From the human T2T-CHM13v2.0 reference genome, Homo sapiens: a stretch of DNA of 64,000 nt. Location of the stretch: NCBI RefSeq assembly GCF_009914755.1, contig NC_060937.1. The stretch is one strand, 5' to 3'. A model generated the notes under the pieces. It made no database searches. It was not told the origin of the DNA and was given only the letters and a program-made list of their open reading frames with translations. The translations under genes and the position numbers were made by a program. Numbering within the stretch: position 1 is the first letter of the stretch; each line of letters opens with the position of its first letter. Below are positions 58,835 through 64,000 of the stretch, piece by piece.

Positions 58835-60529
58835 CCCAATATATTCACGTATTCCTTGATTCTGAATTCTTTCTGTACAAATGAAATGACCAGAAGCACT
58901 GCCCAAAGCACTTCCCACTGGATTAACCCCCCACTGCTGACTTTTAGAGACACCTTTATGTGAGGTTGTAGTGAAGCAGTTCATTTTTAGCTTGCACCTA
59001 CACTCTGAGCTGACAATGAATGAGCCAAGCTTGTTACTTTTCTCCTTTGTCGGTTGTAAATGATCTCTCCATAGGGCCACAGTTGTCAGCTGAGACAGAG
59101 GTGCTGTTGGAATTTTTGGTGGATGACATGACACTCTGCATGTACTAAACATGAATCTTGGTTTTGTCCTTAGACTTTGCACATGCTTGATGCTGAATGC
59201 ACTACTTTTATCTTTTGATGGATTGCTGCTGAAGACATCAGATCTTTTGATTTCGTGAGTATGACAGGATTCAGCTCCTGAGGAGGTGCTCTAGTATTAT
59301 GGCCACTTGATGTATTGTGCTCCGAGACAAATAACACGTCAGGAACTTTTTAAAAAATGGTGTAACATTCTCTGTTGCGGGTGGCATGGCTTTGATCTAA
59401 TACCCTTATAGCCTATTTGATGATTCTCCTCTTAGGACTTGTCATAAACGCCCCAAGACATCTTATGCCATCGTAGATTCATATAATATCATAGAGTTGG
59501 GCTAATAGATTGCCACCAGCACCAGATCTGTTTACACCATAGCCTGGACTCCCTAAAGAGTCTTTTTCTCCTACAGGTCACGTTCAAATCAAATAGCCCT
59601 TTTCCACCTTCATAAATTTATGGAGGCAGGTTTGTCAAAGTGAAGTGTGCTAAGCCCCAGACTTGTGCGTTGTGCATCTTTTTTTATGTTAGGAAGGTAA
59701 AGAATGTATAATTCTTTACTTTGGAAGGCATATTTGATTTTACCACTGGCACAAGAAAATTTCACTGATGAGGCAGGTTTGTAACATTTCTTTCCCTTTA
59801 CCTCCTACAGTCTGTATCCTCTGTAGATCATTTGTCTTATAAAAGTCTCCTATGTTTTCACACTCTTTGGACATCCACTTTGATAATATAATATCATTAA
59901 TATAATGGAATACCATGATAGTATGTAACAAGTCAAGATTTTCCAGGGTTTTTGAACTATCTTATGATTGGGTTAGTGGTAGGGTGTAGCTAATTTAGTC
60001 CTTAGTGTATGCTTGACTTTCTCACATGAACACACACTGCTCCTCTTGCTTGATAGGAATAGAAAATGTATTTACCATGCACAACATACTAGAGACTGTG
60101 TCAATATGCCTAGTATCACAACTGCAAATGGGGCTAGAACTCTTTGAATGTGTGGAATCTCACTGTTCCCCTCTGAATCTGTTAAGTTTATGTGGTTCCA
60201 AAGTGATGACCTAAGTGGAGATATGAAGGGGATCACCGCCCTTGCATAAGGTAATTTATGGAGGCTGTGATCATCACCTTCTTCTAAAAATGAAATTATT
60301 TTTTATGTTTGTAACCATTGCAAGGGAAGTCCATTTCAGTAATTTCACTAGATCTTTTCTACTTGCCCAAAATACCAAAAAAAACAAGGTGGCGATTCTG
60401 TCAGTCCCAAGTATGCCCATTCCAATTATAAATTTGGGCACTGAAAAAATTATCAAGTGTGCCCATGTATCTGGTGAATTCATCATGCACAAAGACTCAG
60501 AATTATATTGCATTTAGTGCTTGGACCTC
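58440..60529 (-). mobile_element. ERVL-class internal sequence (protease, RT, RNase H remnants)
   Basis: Minus-strand ORF fragments IIGMGILG (protease end), VFHYINDII (YIDD RT motif), QWEVLWAVLLVISF (QWAELRAV-like RNase H). Confidence 0.75.
58709..58856. repeat. (TA)n/(TG)n microsatellite with a duplicated tacccaatatattcac unit
   Basis: Two copies of tacccaatatattcac separated by TA runs. Confidence 0.9.
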
Positions 60530-62768
60530 TGCTATGGTTTGGATATTTGTCCCAACTAAAACTCACATTGAAATTTAATCCCTGATGTGCCAAAAATATT
60601 TTTTTTTTTTGTAAATTACTCCATTTCAAGTGCTGTGTTTTAAGCAACAGAAAACATAGTAAGACAGAAAATTGGTATGGAGAGTGGGGTGTTGCTGATA
60701 ACAAATATATGAAAATGTAGAAGCAACTTTGAAATTGGGTAATAGAGGCTGAAATAATTTGGAGGAGCAAACTAGATTCTACTGAGGACATAGGAGACAA
60801 GAAGACAAGAGAAAGGAACTCCTTAGAGATATGTTAATTGGTTGTGACCAGAATACTGATAGAAATGTAGACAGGAAAGGCCATTCTGTCAAGGTTTGAA
60901 ATGGGAATGAGAAAAACATATTTGAAACTGGAGTAAAGGCTATTCTTGTCATAAACTGGCAAATAACCTGGCTGAATTGTGTTCATGCCTGAGGGCATTG
61001 TGGAAGATAACTAAAGAGTGATGATCTAGGGAACTGGACAGAAGAAATGTGATTCAGGAGCAAATAAATAATTTAAAGACATAATTTATAGTTCAAAGGG
61101 AAGCATAGTGGTAAGACTTGGACAACTCTTAACTTGGCCATATTAAGAGTAAAAAAAGCATGCTCAGGTGAGAAAACCAAAGGTGTGGCCCAGCACCTGT
61201 TTTCTAGAGACATTATTAGCAGTTCCAGAAGGGAACTAGGTACTATTCCCAAAGACAATGGTAGAAAGACCCAGAAGGTATTTTAGAAATCTTAGAGGCT
61301 ACCTCTTCCAATACAGTCCAGAGGCCTAGGAGGGCACAGTGGTTTCAGGCCCAGGGCACTCTTCACAGGCCAGCCACCTGAGACTGCCTCAGAACTCTGA
61401 TCCTTTCACTCTAGCACAGTGCTCAGATGCCACCCTAGCTCAAACATCCCTAGGTGAAGGTACAAGTTGTCAATCTTGGTGGCACCCAAAGCAAGAGCTG
61501 TGAAGGCTTGGAAACCTCCTCCCAGATTTTAAAGGATGTCATAGAAAACCTAAAGAACCAGGCAAAGATATTTTTTGTGGGTGGAGACAGAGAAGAAAGA
61601 CCCCATTAGAGCAATACCAAGAAGAAATGTGAGGTTGGGAATGTCACAGCTAATTCCCATTAGGTCCATGCTTAGTGGAACTATGGGAGTAGAACCACCA
61701 CCAGGACATCAAAACTAAAAAGTCATTGGCAGCATGCATCACCTGTCTGAGAAAGCTTCAGGCACCAAACTCTAACCCTATGAGCAGCCACATGCATTGT
61801 ACCCAGGAAACCTTAGGGGCAAGGCCACCTGTGAGCTTGGGAGCCTAACTCCTGGAGGTGCCACATGGATGGAGTCAAGAGAGATTATTCTCTGATTTTA
61901 AGATTTAATGTTTTCACTGCTGGGTTTGACTTACTTAGACCCCGTTACTCCTTTCTTTTTGCCTAATGTTCCCTTCTGGAATGGGAAAGTCTGTCTTATG
62001 CTTATACCATCATTGAATCTTGGAAGTAGATAACTTATTTTGGTTTTAGGGTCTCACAAGTGAAACTCTGGGCTTTGGACTTTTAAGTTGGTGCTGGAAG
62101 GAGTTAACTGATTTGTAAAAAAAGAGGTTTAATTGGTTTATAGTTCCGCAGGCTATACAAGCATGGCTCTAGCATCTTCCGTTGAGGGCCTCAGGAAGTT
62201 TTAATCGTGGCAGAAGGCAAAGAGGAGCAGGTGTGCCACATGGCAAGAGCAGGCGCAACAGAGCAAGGCTGGGAAGATCCCAGGCTTTTAAACAACCAGA
62301 TTTCATGTGAACTGACTGAGGACTAACTCACTTATCACCAAGGGGATGATGCCAAAACATGCATAAGGGATCCTCCTTGTGAATCCCTAGTGAGATCCAT
62401 TACCTCCCACTAGGCCCCACCTCCAACATTGAGAATCACATTTCAACATGAGATTTGGAGGAGACAAACATCCACGTTATATCACAGGGGTCAATGGGTT
62501 AATGGATTAATGGGTTATCACGGGGGTGGGACTGATGACTTTATAAAAGAGGAAGAGAGGACTGAACTAGCACACTCAGCCCCCTCACGATGGGATGCCC
62601 TGATCTTGGGATTCTGAAGAGTCCCCACCAGCAAGAAGGCTCTCAACAGATATGCCCCCTTTACCTTGGACTTCCCAGACTCCAGAAATGTCAAAAATAG
62701 GTTTTATTTCTTATAAATTACCCACTTTCAGGTATTCTGTTATAAGCAATAGAAAACAGATTAAGAGA
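60530..62768 (+). mobile_element. MST (MSTC/D-like) MaLR provirus: deleted 5' LTR 60530-60664, internal ~60665-62108, partial 3' LTR 62485-62768
   Basis: tgctatggtttggatatttgtccc; internal start gaaaattggtatggagagtgggg; 3' LTR gggttaatggattaatgggttatc...gcaatagaaaacagattaagaga. Confidence 0.8.
62110..62484 (-). mobile_element. MSTA/B LTR, antisense, nested in the MST provirus
   Basis: aaaagaggtttaattggtttatagttccgcaggct...catttcaacatgagatttggaggagacaaacatccacgttatatca. Confidence 0.85.
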
Positions 62769-62769
62769 G

Positions 62770-63470
62770 CACTCTCCATTTTCACTCTGACATGGGAGCC
62801 ATGATATTGCTTTGTGTCTTCAGTTATCATTGTCCAGGTGGACACAGTGTACAACAGGTTTTTGTACATTTTTGTATGTTTTAGTACTGCAATTTTCCTG
62901 GTATATGTTTACCTGAGTAAAAGTTTATAGATCACTTTGTAGAAAGAATAGCAGAATTATTATTGTGTATATTTGCATTGTGTTCCAGTATCTCTCCTCA
63001 GGGCCAGACTTCTCTTTGGTCTATGGGCTTCTGGGCTGAGAACTGGTTCAAATCTGAAACCTCCAGGTGAGGGGGTTCATTGGGAAGGCTGCTACTGCTT
63101 CCTAATCATTCATCCTGGATTTACTGTGGCTGCTACATAAAACAATATCTCTTTTGAGTGACCGTGTCTCTTACCCCTGGGAACTCCATGTTCCATTTAA
63201 TATCTCCATAGTTCTCCATGGGTCAAGCCTTTCTAACTGCCAGTTTTAGAGCTCTACTCATTATGATAATTAGATTCACCTGTTTTCATTTGATTAACCA
63301 CCACCACCTGGTCACTATTAATTCTTTGAATCTTATCTTGTCTATTACTGTTAAGGTAGCCAGTTCTAAAGCAGCATTTCTTCTCATCAGCTTTTGCTTA
63401 CAAAAGATAGCCACCACTGAGCTCCTTAATAATACTGGTTATTCTCTCACCAGTGTATTCCTGTGTCTTT
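62770..63470 (-). mobile_element. ERVL-class internal sequence continued (gag/protease side)
   Basis: gttccagtatctctcc (protease DTG codons, antisense), ctgggctgagaactggttcaaatctg, gggaactccatgttccatttaat. Confidence 0.5.
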
Positions 63471-63489
63471 ACCTGTCTGTTCTACGTAA

Positions 63490-63990
63490 GATCCAGATGA
63501 GTCAAGGCAGATGACGGGGGTTACCGTAAACACAGTGATTTTCCCTGACTATTCTACTCTGCTGGATGGGGTGACTTCACTGGAGCAAATCAATGCATAT
63601 GATAGGCAGCTATTGATTTTATGAAGGTGTTCTTTTAGATACTCAGCAGGGAGAATCAAAAGCAGTTTGTCTTTCATCAAAAGAAAAGGAATTAAAGGGG
63701 CAGTGGCTTATCACTCTCTAGCTTCAAGATTATTTTAACTATCCTTCTATGACATACAGCAACTTTGATTGTCATGACATTCCACATAGCAACATATAGG
63801 TCCTCTAATTTGATGGCATTTCAAATAGTTCTAGTGAAAAAAAATCTGTTGTTACTCAGATGTCCATTAGATATCCTGGACACTCTATAAAGACACATTC
63901 CAAGCCAGAGAGTGGAAATAAATCCCTGAACACTCTGTAAAGATATATTCAACACGGGGAGTGAAAATAAACCCCATAACTATTCAGAGA
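63490..63990 (+). mobile_element. Second ERVL-class RT fragment, opposite orientation
   Basis: cagatgagtcaaggcagatgac, cactggagcaaatcaat, gcagctattgat, aagcagtttgtctttc, gccagagagtggaaataaatcc follow ERVL RT motif order. Confidence 0.65.
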
Positions 63991-64000
63991 AGTTTTAATA

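Overview
AT-rich primate genomic DNA (human/ape-type: AluY, L1PA, THE1/MST, MER4A1) made almost entirely of interspersed repeats and short unique spacers. I found no supportable protein-coding exon, RNA gene, CpG island or CRISPR array. The longer ORFs trace to Alu, L1 or ERVL remnants, microsatellites or chance. Contents: 15 Alu/FLAM elements (13 on +), a 5'-intact ~5.5 kb L1PB, several older L1/L2 pieces, many LTRs (MLT1, MLT2, MST, THE1, MER4A1, LTR16-like), decayed ERVL internal sequence and DNA-transposon fossils (Tigger1, Tigger4a, MER20, MER5, half MADE1). I did not find a new gene system. The best structural signals are: (1) a ~97% identical inverted copy of 23745-24061 inserted ~0.9 kb away into a (TA)n tract at 24981-25314; (2) two twin-primed 5'-inverted L1PA insertions; (3) two AluY copies 22.8 kb apart sharing three non-consensus changes; (4) an unassigned 651-bp TG..CA insert; (5) a nested ERVL/MST complex. 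Repeat family names come from my recollection of consensus sequences, not from a database search. Subfamily calls and the boundaries of old elements are approximate.
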